A DNA stretch of 64,000 bases from Patescibacteria group bacterium (GCA_024239055.1 JANBVJ010000002.1:67874-131873); one strand, 5' to 3'; positions 9,033 to 17,460 are shown, counted from the stretch's first letter. Notes: generated by a model not told the origin, from the sequence alone. Numbers and translations are program-made.

Positions 9033-9111
9033 TGAGCAAAAAAAGCAAATGTCTCCATCTCTTTTTTTAATGATTTTGAAGTAAATCCTCTTTAATTTTT
9101 GAGTTAATTTC

Positions 9112-9444
9112 TTAGGAATTGCAATACCACCTGTTTGTTAAATCTACAATACATTCATCAGGAACCATTTTCAAAAATTCTTCCATGTTATCCCTACCTC
9201 TTTCAATTCTTTCTATTTCCCCTTTAGTATCAAATCTAATTGATGAAGGGATAATTAAGGATTGATTTGATCGCTTATGCACTTTGAATATTCTAAACTT
9301 TATGAAAAAAACTGTATAATTGATCGGGAGTGCTATCTGCTCCCAATAGATTTTATTTATTAGAGTTTTTAGTTTGTTTACCCCAAATGTCAAAACCACA
9401 ACAAGACTGTCTCGCAAATAACTCAATTCTACTTTTATCTCCAC
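9112..9444 (-). CDS. Hypothetical protein; real start probably internal (GTG near 9282 or ATG near 9186)
   Basis: The ORF overlaps the 3' end of the methyltransferase gene by 92 nt, so the N-terminal third is doubtful. Only the C-terminal part (MEEFLKMVPDECIVDLTNRWYCNS) is clearly free. Confidence 0.3.
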   Translation of the reverse strand: MEIKVELSYLRDSLVVVLTFGVNKLKTLINKIYWEQIALPINYTVFFIKFRIFKVHKRSNQSLIIPSSIRFDTKGEIERIERGRDNMEEFLKMVPDECIVDLTNRWYCNS

Positions 9445-9985
9445 ACAGTTCTATTATTTTCTGTCTAAATAGATCAGGTTTTCGTGAATGTTCTTCAACC
9501 TTACAGAGTTGAACTTGTCTTACCGAATGGCTTTTAATTTTTGGTTTACCTCTAAGTCCAAAGTATAATTGTTCAGATCCGTTCCTAGTAGATCTTCCCA
9601 TACCAAAATGAAATTCACCTGTCTTTGTTAATTTTACCCAATCAAATCCTTCTTTTTTATATGTAAATCCCCATTCTTCAAATAGTGCAAGTGCTGGTGG
9701 TTTTTTCCAATGCCTGAACCAAAAATTCTCTTCTGAATAATCAGGAGTTTTCCTTTTCTGTGCAAAGATCAAACTATCAGGAATCCAAATAAAACAGAAT
9801 GCATTTTTCTTTGCTATCTTTTTTACAGGTAATTCAAATATTTGTTTTAAGGTCATTGTTTGATATTTGTTAGCACTTCCACTTTTTTGTGAACCACCTG
9901 TATTTTTATCATCAAATGTAAAAGGTGGATCTACATATACAATATCATATTTTTTCTTGGTGTTGAATATGTTAACCTGCCTCAT
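9353..9985 (-). CDS. MT-A70 family N6-adenine DNA methyltransferase
   Basis: YDIVYVDPPFTF (DPP[WF] catalytic motif), YQTMTL, FCFIWIP, EEWGF, GMGRSTRNGSEQLYFGLRG, EHSRKPD and IELFARQ..GFDIWG occur in the order typical of MT-A70. Confidence 0.85.
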   Translation of the reverse strand: MRQVNIFNTKKKYDIVYVDPPFTFDDKNTGGSQKSGSANKYQTMTLKQIFELPVKKIAKKNAFCFIWIPDSLIFAQKRKTPDYSEENFWFRHWKKPPALALFEEWGFTYKKEGFDWVKLTKTGEFHFGMGRSTRNGSEQLYFGLRGKPKIKSHSVRQVQLCKVEEHSRKPDLFRQKIIELCGDKSRIELFARQSCCGFDIWGKQTKNSNK

Positions 9986-10212
9986 TGGTACACGAATCCC
10001 TTTTTTTTTCGATAATTAACTGTACTGTTCTTTGAAGTTGATCGTGGTCTCCTTCTTAATCTTGCACTACAACAAGGACATGATATTCCTTCCCACTCAA
10101 TGAATATCGAACAACAAGAACAGAAACCATTCTCTGGTTTTTTATATTTCGAAGTAGTGTGGTAATCCTTACAGATTCCTTTACAAGTAAACTTGGTTGT
10201 TGTGCGACCCAT
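9982..10212 (-). CDS. Zinc-ribbon protein (76 aa from the ATG at 10212; ORF track extends to a TTG at 10263)
   Basis: MGRTTTKFTCKGICKDYH ... CSCCSIFIEWEGISCPCCSARLRRRPR. Paralog of 16253-16501 (MACKGICNNYE ... CSTC ... CPCCRLQLK). The ATG at 10212 overlaps the TAA of a small upstream ORF (TAATG). Confidence 0.6.
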   Translation of the reverse strand: MGRTTTKFTCKGICKDYHTTSKYKKPENGFCSCCSIFIEWEGISCPCCSARLRRRPRSTSKNSTVNYRKKKGFVYQ

Positions 10213-10331
10213 TACATAGGAGCAATTAGTTCTTTGCGTTCTCCACCTTGAATGTAGTGGCAATGATGGTTACAATTAGGATCATTACAGTCAATACATT
10301 TTTCGTTTCTACAACTGCTTGACTTGCTCAT
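10212..10331 (-). CDS. Cys/His-rich mini-protein (39 aa), below ORF-track cutoff
   Basis: MSKSSSCRNEKCIDCNDPNCNHHCHYIQGGERKELIAPM. ATG at 10329-10331. Its stop overlaps the next ATG. Confidence 0.4.
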   Translation of the reverse strand: MSKSSSCRNEKCIDCNDPNCNHHCHYIQGGERKELIAPM

Positions 10332-10521
10332 ATTCCTTATCATACTCCTTCACAATAAAAAATAGAGCAATTATTAGAAATGAACCTGATAGAACTGCTG
10401 TCATCCAAATCAGTTGAACCTGTTTTGCCCAAACTGCTGATGCAAAAAGAAATAGAAAACCTAAACCACATAGTATTGCTGAGTATCTTGTTTTAGTAAA
10501 AAAATGATTATTGGAAGTCAT
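10309..10521 (-). CDS. Two-pass membrane protein (70 aa)
   Basis: Two hydrophobic helices. ATGA-type overlap with the ParB-like gene stop (10518/10521). Confidence 0.5.
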   Translation of the reverse strand: MTSNNHFFTKTRYSAILCGLGFLFLFASAVWAKQVQLIWMTAVLSGSFLIIALFFIVKEYDKEYEQVKQL

Positions 10522-11477
10522 TTCTTCTGTGAAATGTTAACCTTCCCTGTACTTGCATCCACCTTAATCTCTGAGACTGTTCCACATTTTTTGCATAGAT
10601 GTTCTTGTTGGATATTGGCAACCAATCTTAGTTGTTGTTGAAGATCATCATTAATCTTCATGGTCTTAGAATTATCTTCTTTCAGTGCTAGGATTTCTTT
10701 TTGATATTGTGTGTTCTCTGTTTCTAATCTTAGTTTTTTTGCTTCCATCTCAACATACTTTTCTCCTGCAACTTTCTTTAGTTTCTTTATTTCTTTTGTG
10801 TCAATTCCTTTTGATTCGAATGTTTTGTCGAGTTTTCTTTTTGACATTTCTTTGTTCTTGAACTGTTCATCACAAACTTCTCGGATAGAGTTTTCATTTG
10901 ATATTCCTTGTGCGTTTGCTAATTGAACAACCCAATTACAACAGTCTGCTTTTGATATTCCGTTCTTCATTCCAAGTACACACATGTTTCTTGTCCATAC
11001 TGTTCGTTCTCCTTTAGTTGCTTTCTTCTGCATATCGAAGTGTCCCTTTGCAAGATGGTATTCAATTGCAGGAGCAAGTGGTTTGTCCTCAGTTGCAAAT
11101 CCAGCAAAGTCATAATACTCTCTTCTCCATGTTGGGTCTGCTCTGTGTCGATGTCTACCGTTGATGATTCTTCTGTGAATCCTTTCGTTAGAGTTTTGAC
11201 TATCTTTGTTTGGATCACCAAACCATATTGCAACTTCTAATGGTCTTAGTTGACCTACTTCTTCACTTGACTTTTTCAGGTCGTGACCTGAACCAGAAAT
11301 TATTTCTTGATCAAATGTTTCTTCGGTTTCGTTTGGTGCAATGTATAATACTTGTTCTCCTTTCTTGATTGCTTCCTCTTCTTCTGCTTTGATCTTTTCT
11401 AGAACTTTTGGATCTGTAATTAGAACGTATTTTGATTTTAGTGGCGAGTGTAGTTTTTGGTTTTGGTCGTTTGACAT
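10518..11477 (-). CDS. ParB/sulfiredoxin-like N-terminal domain protein with coiled-coil C-terminus
   Basis: LRPLEVAIW ... RIHRRIINGRHRHRA matches the ParB-N arginine motif (G-x-x-R-x-x-A). The C-terminal third is coiled-coil-like, plus CKKCG. Lies directly downstream of an iteron-like region. Confidence 0.7.
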   Translation of the reverse strand: MSNDQNQKLHSPLKSKYVLITDPKVLEKIKAEEEEAIKKGEQVLYIAPNETEETFDQEIISGSGHDLKKSSEEVGQLRPLEVAIWFGDPNKDSQNSNERIHRRIINGRHRHRADPTWRREYYDFAGFATEDKPLAPAIEYHLAKGHFDMQKKATKGERTVWTRNMCVLGMKNGISKADCCNWVVQLANAQGISNENSIREVCDEQFKNKEMSKRKLDKTFESKGIDTKEIKKLKKVAGEKYVEMEAKKLRLETENTQYQKEILALKEDNSKTMKINDDLQQQLRLVANIQQEHLCKKCGTVSEIKVDASTGKVNISQKK

Positions 11478-11541
11478 TGAAGAGTTCGTAAAACTAAAAC
11501 TCTTAAAATGAATAAGCCAAACTTAATTTACCTCTTGGCTT

Positions 11542-11580
11542 GAAAATTTCATGTTTCATGAGAGAGTTTTGTGTTATACA
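11542..11580 (-). promoter_or_regulatory. Conserved 39-bp promoter/leader element, copy a (upstream of the ParB-like gene)
   Basis: Minus strand reads TGTATAACACAAAACTCTCTCATGAAACATGAAATTTTC, identical at 38 of 39 positions to 55702-55740. TATA-like TGTATAA at its 5' end. Confidence 0.6.
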
Positions 11581-11730
11581 TTATGTAACTTAGAACAGTC
11601 TAACACTTCTTGATCGTTTGATGATCAATAAATAAAAATAATTATTATCTTAATTTTGTACACGCAGGTGCGATCGGATAAATAAGTCTGGATCATTAAT
11701 AGGAGAACTCTTTTTCGACTTTTTGTTAGT

Positions 11731-11850
11731 TGGACAATGGACATTGGACATAATCCGGTGTAAGTATAATGTGATCCTGTCCAGTGTCCATGTCGACCGA
11801 TCTATTCTGCCACTCAAAAAAAATGGACAACTAGACACGCCTGATGGACA
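11731..11850. repeat. Iteron-like TGGACA cluster
   Basis: TGGACA at 11731, 11738 and 11745 (7-nt spacing), inverted TGTCCA at 11778 and 11785 (7-nt spacing), and further TGGACA at 11824 and 11845. Confidence 0.7.
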
Positions 11851-11877
11851 TCTTTTCGAAGGGGAAATGTCGTATCG

Positions 11878-11902
11878 GTTATGACACGTACATCTTTCGA
11901 TA
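11878..11902 (-). promoter_or_regulatory. Copy 2 of the ACGT-centred palindromic motif
   Basis: gttatgacacgtacatctttcgata. Intergenic, between the TGGACA cluster and the GATC-rich repeats. Confidence 0.5.
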
Positions 11903-11907
11903 CAACA

Positions 11908-12062
11908 TTACTAAACATAAGATCAGTTCATGATCAGATCGTGATCAGATCAAGATCAATTTGTTGTTGATAACCTGTACAGTTTTAGTAAACATTAGAT
12001 CAGATCATGATCAGATCGTGATCAGATCAAGATCTTTTTGTTGTTGATGACAGTACAGTTTT
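11908..12062. repeat. Two tandem ~78-bp repeats, extremely GATC-dense
   Basis: Units 11908-11986 and 11987-12062 share ...gatcag.tcatgatcagatcgtgatcagatcaagatc..tttgttgttgat.ac..gtacagtttt. I count 6 + 7 = 13 GATC sites in 155 bp of an AT-rich genome. Confidence 0.85.
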
Positions 12063-12117
12063 CATGGAGAGTTTGTTTTTCCTTGAATGTTTTAGTGAAA
12101 TAGGTGGGTCTTTTGAA

Positions 12118-13740
12118 TTACTTTGTCACTCGTTTCTTTCTTTGTCGTTGAAACCATTTCTGATAGCCTGTAAATGACCAATCATCAGGAGCAAGACCCA
12201 ATGTTACAACATGATCAAATACATCCTTTTGTTTCATCTTTGATTTGGATTTGTCAGTAGGATTCATCATTGACATTGTTAAATCATATATCCTATCCAT
12301 GTTTGAATCCTTTACTTTCTTATCATCATTCAATACATCCTGTGCTGTATCAGTTAACTCTCCATCCTTCTTCTTTTCAATAAACCTCCATGTTGCTCTT
12401 TCTTTGTTTTTCTCAGTCTCTTTGATTATCCCTGTATCTTCTTCGAAATCATCATCTGCTGAATGGTGATGGAACTCCGGCATTCGTACATTGAATAGTT
12501 TGAATATGTTTCCTTTTTCGTTTTTCTTTGGATACAGAACATACATTTGGTCTGGTCTTAGATCTTCAAAGTTTGGATACATCTTTTGTGCATAACCTAT
12601 TCCCACTTTCTCAATAACTTTGTCTCTAAATTCTTTAATCATTTTCCTTAACCAATCATAATCTTCCGGTACAATGTCTATGTTAGATTGCTTCCAAATG
12701 AAGAAGTCCCTTTGGTCACGCACATTTTTTAGCACATCCCCACCACGTTGCATGTCTCCAACTAAACTTACGTGAAAATGTCTACAAATCTTTACCAATG
12801 CGAATACTGCTTTCTTTACAATTACTTGATTGCGTTCTTCTGTTAACATTGATGCAACGAGTGAACCGAATTCCCTCATCACTATTGTTACTCTATGTCT
12901 GTTCTTTTCTTGTACAGTCCATTTACTAAATGGTACAGGTTTATCTAATCCTCTTTGTTGAGCAATCGTTCTAGGTGTATTTGTCTTAAAGTTTGAACGT
13001 ATTATTTCTGGTATTTCTCTTAATGTTTTTTCAAGAATGATTAACTTGTGATTTACTTCTCTAAAGAAGATTGGATTCATAGTAATTATTCTTCTTTCAT
13101 TCTTACCCATTAGCATGATCTCAGTCAGGTCAGCAACGAATAGTTCTCTGTTCTTGTATCCCTTGTTTGGTACATGTATTTTCCTTACCTTAATCCATTG
13201 AATATAATCAGGTCTGATTGGTTTTTTCCTTTCCTTTTCACCATTTTCATGTGTAATTAGTGTTCCATATTCTATATGACCTAGATCTGCCCATTCTCTT
13301 TTTGAATAAAACTTTCCATTGAATTCATCTAGGGCTTGCTGATCAATTTCTACATAATCTGGTACTACTAGAACTATTTTGTATTTTGAATCACAATTAC
13401 AATGAAGTGGTTCTATTGTTCTTTCTCTTTCTGGTAGTTTTTCATTCTCAATATTCCACCTTTCCCAATATTTTTTACAATTTTTGTTAATTACCCAATA
13501 AAGTGACTCGTAATTACCTGCACTATGTAGGTCTAATACAGTATGTCCTGCCCTGAAATTTTCTTCTGCAATTACTTCATCAAGACTTGACTTTCCACTC
13601 CCACGATTGCCCATAATGAAATAGATGAATGCCTTGAATGGATTGATAAATGCGTTAGGGTTTTTTGGTTTCTGTTCTACTTGTCTTTGATGTACGAACT
13701 CTTCATGAGTTTCATTTGCTTCATCTTGTTCCTGTGCCAT
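12118..13740 (-). CDS. P-loop NTPase (540 aa), candidate genome-packaging ATPase / terminase-large-subunit-like
   Basis: Walker A FIMGNRGSGKSS resembles the GGRGSGKS-type loop of some terminase large subunits. Candidate Walker B is KIVLVVPD. A large C-terminal domain has unknown fold. No portal or capsid gene lies nearby, so the role is tentative. Confidence 0.75.
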   Translation of the reverse strand: MAQEQDEANETHEEFVHQRQVEQKPKNPNAFINPFKAFIYFIMGNRGSGKSSLDEVIAEENFRAGHTVLDLHSAGNYESLYWVINKNCKKYWERWNIENEKLPERERTIEPLHCNCDSKYKIVLVVPDYVEIDQQALDEFNGKFYSKREWADLGHIEYGTLITHENGEKERKKPIRPDYIQWIKVRKIHVPNKGYKNRELFVADLTEIMLMGKNERRIITMNPIFFREVNHKLIILEKTLREIPEIIRSNFKTNTPRTIAQQRGLDKPVPFSKWTVQEKNRHRVTIVMREFGSLVASMLTEERNQVIVKKAVFALVKICRHFHVSLVGDMQRGGDVLKNVRDQRDFFIWKQSNIDIVPEDYDWLRKMIKEFRDKVIEKVGIGYAQKMYPNFEDLRPDQMYVLYPKKNEKGNIFKLFNVRMPEFHHHSADDDFEEDTGIIKETEKNKERATWRFIEKKKDGELTDTAQDVLNDDKKVKDSNMDRIYDLTMSMMNPTDKSKSKMKQKDVFDHVVTLGLAPDDWSFTGYQKWFQRQRKKRVTK

Positions 13741-14540
13741 TAGTATTCAACTACGTAGGACTCTTCTCCTGTTTGGCTTTGGAGTTCTAACAAGTTGTTA
13801 ACCAATGAATATGTACCTAGACACTCTTCAATATCTGCTGTAAGTTCATAATACATTGGTAGAATTTCCATTACTAGAATCCTAATTAGTTTATGAAAAA
13901 CTTCTCTTGAGATCTCCATTACAAGTGCATCTGATGTCATAACTTCTGCATCAGAATTGAACATGTAGACCTCTCCATCCACATATTTGTATATGAAACC
14001 GAATACCTGTGCTAATTGATCTGGATCATAACCATCATACGCTACATCAAATCTAATTGCTTCTTGCAGTAGAACTCTTGGATCTGTATCATCCTTTGTT
14101 TTTGATCTTGGATTCATGTGCATGAGTGCAGGCATTTCACCTCTTCCGTTTACATCAAGAATTTCCTCATCAGTTTTTAATTCTTTATGACTGTAAACTA
14201 TTCTTTGATCAAGTATCTGTGAGTGTCTATCTCTTGTTTGTGTGAGAAAGACATTTCCATACCAAATTTGCTTTAATTTTGTTACAAAGTCTGGATTTAA
14301 CTCAGAAGGAATTTTGTAGTGTGTTCTAGGGTTTGGTGGTAGGTTTCTTTTGTGAATCCTTTTTAGCCATACGTTAAAGTGTCCAACTGTATTAATGAAA
14401 TTATTCATCATTAGAAAAAAGTGATCATAATCTTCGTTAAAATCTGTGACTCCCATTTTGATCTGGTATTTTAGAACCGGATCTAAATGGTGCATTATTA
14501 CTGACTTTGGTTGCTTTGCATCCCCATCTTCTACTGACAT
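13740..14540 (-). CDS. Hypothetical protein (266 aa)
   Basis: Clean ORF. TAATG overlaps at both ends (13740 and 14540) couple it to the ATPase gene. Confidence 0.75.
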   Translation of the reverse strand: MSVEDGDAKQPKSVIMHHLDPVLKYQIKMGVTDFNEDYDHFFLMMNNFINTVGHFNVWLKRIHKRNLPPNPRTHYKIPSELNPDFVTKLKQIWYGNVFLTQTRDRHSQILDQRIVYSHKELKTDEEILDVNGRGEMPALMHMNPRSKTKDDTDPRVLLQEAIRFDVAYDGYDPDQLAQVFGFIYKYVDGEVYMFNSDAEVMTSDALVMEISREVFHKLIRILVMEILPMYYELTADIEECLGTYSLVNNLLELQSQTGEESYVVEY

Positions 14541-15055
14541 TATAATCTGAACTTACCTTGCAATGTACCAGAAACATTATCTGAGTAATGATTTGTGTAA
14601 AATGAAACTCTTCCATCTCCTATTATTCCTTCGAACTTTCCTGTTGAATCAGTTGTACTAAAAGTTCCGAATACATAAGACATGTATCCATATTGACATT
14701 CCTTGCCATCAAAGTCTAGATAAATATTTGTCTCTTGACTTTCTAAAACAAGTTGTCCAATTATAGTGATGCAGTTAATGTTGTATGTCATATCTCTTCC
14801 ATCTTTAACAAAGTCTCCTGTTAAAGTAAACGTGTGTTCGTCATTACTAATTCTATAATCTCCTAATGCATTGATTGATTTGTGATCATACTTACCATGA
14901 AAATCTCCAACCACTGCTACATGATGATAAGTTGCTTCTGCATCTGGAACAAGAAATGATAATATTATTACTGTTGATATTAAAATTAAATTCACAACTG
15001 TAACACGTTGCAAAAATTTCCAATCCTTTTCTGATACTTGTTGTTTAGAACTCAT
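14540..15055 (-). CDS. N-terminally anchored/secreted protein (171 aa)
   Basis: VTVVNLILISTVIILSFLV helix followed by a beta-rich domain. ATGA overlap at 15052-15055. Confidence 0.7.
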   Translation of the reverse strand: MSSKQQVSEKDWKFLQRVTVVNLILISTVIILSFLVPDAEATYHHVAVVGDFHGKYDHKSINALGDYRISNDEHTFTLTGDFVKDGRDMTYNINCITIIGQLVLESQETNIYLDFDGKECQYGYMSYVFGTFSTTDSTGKFEGIIGDGRVSFYTNHYSDNVSGTLQGKFRL

Positions 15056-15765
15056 TTTAGTTTCGTTACAATTCTCCTTTTAGGAACTGCATACTCTTCT
15101 TCCTTGACAATTTGCATTACAGAGTTTACAACTTCCTGTGCAGAATAAAAGTCTCCACCTAATGCCTTCATTATTCTTCCTTTGAACCAGTTGTTATCAG
15201 TTTTTTTGCAGAACTGTGTCTTGTCATAGCCTTCAAAACTACAAAGTGCTTCAACTTTTAGATCAATTGAATTGATAAAGTCCTTGTAACCTGTAACTCT
15301 GAACAGTTCTCTTTCTTCATGGAATTTTTTTCTAGCCTTTCTTCCTGTTGGTATGTCTGGATCTAAATATTTTGTAAGTAATTTATCAAATCTTATTACA
15401 AGTTCTCGAAGTTTTTGAATTATAATTGATTGATCTTCTTCTTCTTCTTGACTGCCAAAACTAATTTCCTCTTGTAGTTGGTCTGATTCATCCTTTCTCC
15501 CACGAATGAATGAAATCTTTTCTTCTTCTTCTGATAATGATGGTTTTTTGTTTAATGGATTTTTAACATCCTCAAAGTTTTGAGGAAAAATTACTGCATC
15601 CTTGTTTACTATCTCATGTGGATTGTTTGCAATTGAAATTGCCGGAATCATTTTTTTGTTTATTGGCTTGAATTCCTGTTTTGGGTATCCGTAAAGTACA
15701 TCTGGAATCCCATCCTTAATTTGATGAATTATCACTTTTTTTGGTTTTTCAATCACTAATTCCAT
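15052..15765 (-). CDS. Hypothetical acidic protein (237 aa)
   Basis: Clean ORF with no TM. GGTGAGAC precedes the ATG. Confidence 0.7.
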   Translation of the reverse strand: MELVIEKPKKVIIHQIKDGIPDVLYGYPKQEFKPINKKMIPAISIANNPHEIVNKDAVIFPQNFEDVKNPLNKKPSLSEEEEKISFIRGRKDESDQLQEEISFGSQEEEEDQSIIIQKLRELVIRFDKLLTKYLDPDIPTGRKARKKFHEERELFRVTGYKDFINSIDLKVEALCSFEGYDKTQFCKKTDNNWFKGRIMKALGGDFYSAQEVVNSVMQIVKEEEYAVPKRRIVTKLK

Positions 15766-15905
15766 GTCTCACCACAGAATCCACAATTGTGTTCATTTGC
15801 ACTACAATGACAATGTGCCCTTGATTCATTATCTGGAAATTTTGGACATGGAGTATCATCAGGACTTTGATTTATTATACTAGAAGTAGGGATATTGGCT
15901 TTCAA
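15756..15905 (-). CDS. Possible Cys/His-rich mini-protein (49 aa, TTG start), below ORF-track cutoff
   Basis: (M)KANIPTSSIINQSPDDTPCPKFPDNESRAHCHCSANEHNCGFCGETWN. It overlaps the next ATG by 10 nt. Only a TTG start is available, so this call is tentative. Confidence 0.3.
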   Translation of the reverse strand: MKANIPTSSIINQSPDDTPCPKFPDNESRAHCHCSANEHNCGFCGETWN

Positions 15906-15986
15906 CAAGATAAGGGAGACTTGTATCCCTTTTAATCCTCAAAGGTAAACATTATTTTACGAATGGATTAGATTTTAGATCGTATT

Positions 15987-16253
15987 TTATGATACTTTTG
16001 ATAGATACGACTCAACTTTATTCAACTTTGTTAGGTAATTTCCCCATGAACGCTTGTAACCTTTAGGAATTGGGTAATCTCTACGCTTCCATTGTGCAAT
16101 ACTTAGTTGTGCTATCTCAGTTAAATCATAATCTTTGAAACCAACTTCTGAATATCTTTTAATTAGTGCATTTAACTTGCTTTTTTTACCTAAACTAACA
16201 CGAATGATTCCTTCTGGATATTCTTCATGAGGAAAGTCCTCTTTTTTGTACAT
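15987..16253 (-). CDS. Hypothetical basic protein (88 aa)
   Basis: Clean ORF. TAATG overlap with the upstream zinc-ribbon gene. Confidence 0.6.
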   Translation of the reverse strand: MYKKEDFPHEEYPEGIIRVSLGKKSKLNALIKRYSEVGFKDYDLTEIAQLSIAQWKRRDYPIPKGYKRSWGNYLTKLNKVESYLSKVS

Positions 16254-16501
16254 TATCTTGCCTCAATTCTTTTCCAATACTCTTGTTGCCTTCTTTCTCG
16301 TGCTCTTTTACCTCTAGAATTTGCCTTTAATTGTAGTCTACAACATGGACAAATTATTCTTCTAGCCTGAGTGATGACCCAATTATCTCTATTAATAATA
16401 ACATCACATGTAGAACACCTCATTAGATCTGGATCGTAATTCCAATCACGAATTGCAATGCCTAATACTTCATAGTTATTGCATATCCCTTTGCAAGCCA
16501 T
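16253..16501 (-). CDS. Zinc-ribbon protein (82 aa), paralog of 9982-10212
   Basis: MACKGICNNYE ... CSTCDVII ... CPCCRLQLKANSRGKRARERR. Same Cys spacing and basic tail as the 9982 gene. Confidence 0.65.
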   Translation of the reverse strand: MACKGICNNYEVLGIAIRDWNYDPDLMRCSTCDVIINRDNWVITQARRIICPCCRLQLKANSRGKRARERRQQEYWKRIEAR

Positions 16502-16695
16502 TCTACTAACTTGGCAATTTTGTTATTATCTAATTAATTATGTAATTGATATTATTGACCATTTAGCATGACAGTTTTGCCTACAAATGTAACCTCTTTT
16601 CTGTAATCTGGTTCCCATCTTCGATCAAGATAATCATAGGACTTTTTCATGAATGTTCTAAAACTATCCTTTATCTCTAGTTCGTGGTATGACAA

Positions 16696-17460
16696 TTAAG
16701 ATTCATGACCGTAGCAACTTCCTTCTAGAATCAAAGCCTTGTTTACATTAGTTGTTTGGGTTTCTACTTCAATTCCATTGATATAAACTTCTACGGTTAG
16801 GTTACTATCAATAACATTTCTAAATGTTGCAAAGTACGTACTTGTACCTTGAAATTCATCTGTAAAACATCTAAAGTTTATTTTCATTGATCCAGATTTT
16901 TCAATCTTGCTTGGAACTTTTCTAATATCTACAAAGTCACCATACCAGTCATCGGTAGTTGTAACCATGTAATAGCCGATTGGTTCTTTAGATTTGTCTA
17001 CTTCTACTTTGTCTGATGTTTGAGTTACATCCTTGAAAGGTTCATCGGGAGGTTTTGTTGTAGTACCTTCTTTTTCTCTTTCTAATTCTCTTTCAAGTAT
17101 CCTTTGTTTTGCATCTTCATTTACTTGATATTCTTCTTGTGTCATGCATCTTTCAGGTGTTAACATTGAACCTCCAACAATACCAAAGTTACATTGTGTT
17201 GGATCTAATGGTTCGAACCCTAGATTCTGTGCTACTAGAAAATATGCCATTATAATTATTACTCCAATTATAACTGCACCAACAATTCCTGCTGTTCTTT
17301 TTGGATGTTTTTTACCAATTCCATCATTAGATATTACAATCTTTTTTGGTTTTTTATCATCTGGTTCATCTGTTGGTGGTATTGGAGTGAATTCAGAATG
17401 TTCAATGTCATCTTTTTTCTGTTCAAATTTATCTGAAAAAATTTCCTCTTCCTTGCCCAT
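16696..17460 (-). CDS. Single-pass membrane protein (254 aa), acidic N-terminus inside, beta-rich domain outside
   Basis: TM helix TAGIVGAVIIGVIIIMAYFLVA after a 60-aa charged N-terminus. Preceded by palindromic motif copy 3. Confidence 0.7.
   Translation of the reverse strand: MGKEEEIFSDKFEQKKDDIEHSEFTPIPPTDEPDDKKPKKIVISNDGIGKKHPKRTAGIVGAVIIGVIIIMAYFLVAQNLGFEPLDPTQCNFGIVGGSMLTPERCMTQEEYQVNEDAKQRILERELEREKEGTTTKPPDEPFKDVTQTSDKVEVDKSKEPIGYYMVTTTDDWYGDFVDIRKVPSKIEKSGSMKINFRCFTDEFQGTSTYFATFRNVIDSNLTVEVYINGIEVETQTTNVNKALILEGSCYGHES

Noticed and set aside
11650-11838. 62-aa minus-strand ORF within the intergenic hub.
   Set aside because: It is made up largely of the TGGACA/TGTCCA iteron cluster, has no coupling to neighbours, and its translation looks random. 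More likely the repeats happen to be stop-free.
11908-12062. Possible CRISPR array, given the direct repeats.
   Set aside because: There are only two abutting ~78-bp units with no spacers between them. There are no cas genes, and the repeat length and structure do not fit CRISPR.
12118-13740. Firm call of terminase large subunit, and hence a tailed virus.
   Set aside because: Only the Walker A loop and a plausible Walker B are recognisable. I cannot identify the RNase H-like nuclease motifs. No small terminase, portal, protease or HK97-type capsid gene is adjacent. Kept as a candidate packaging ATPase only.
17207-17224. ggttcgaaccc, a T-loop-like string suggesting a tRNA.
   Set aside because: It lies inside the 254-aa CDS. 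Flanking bases do not form a T-stem, acceptor stem or anticodon arm. I could fold no tRNA anywhere in the window by eye.
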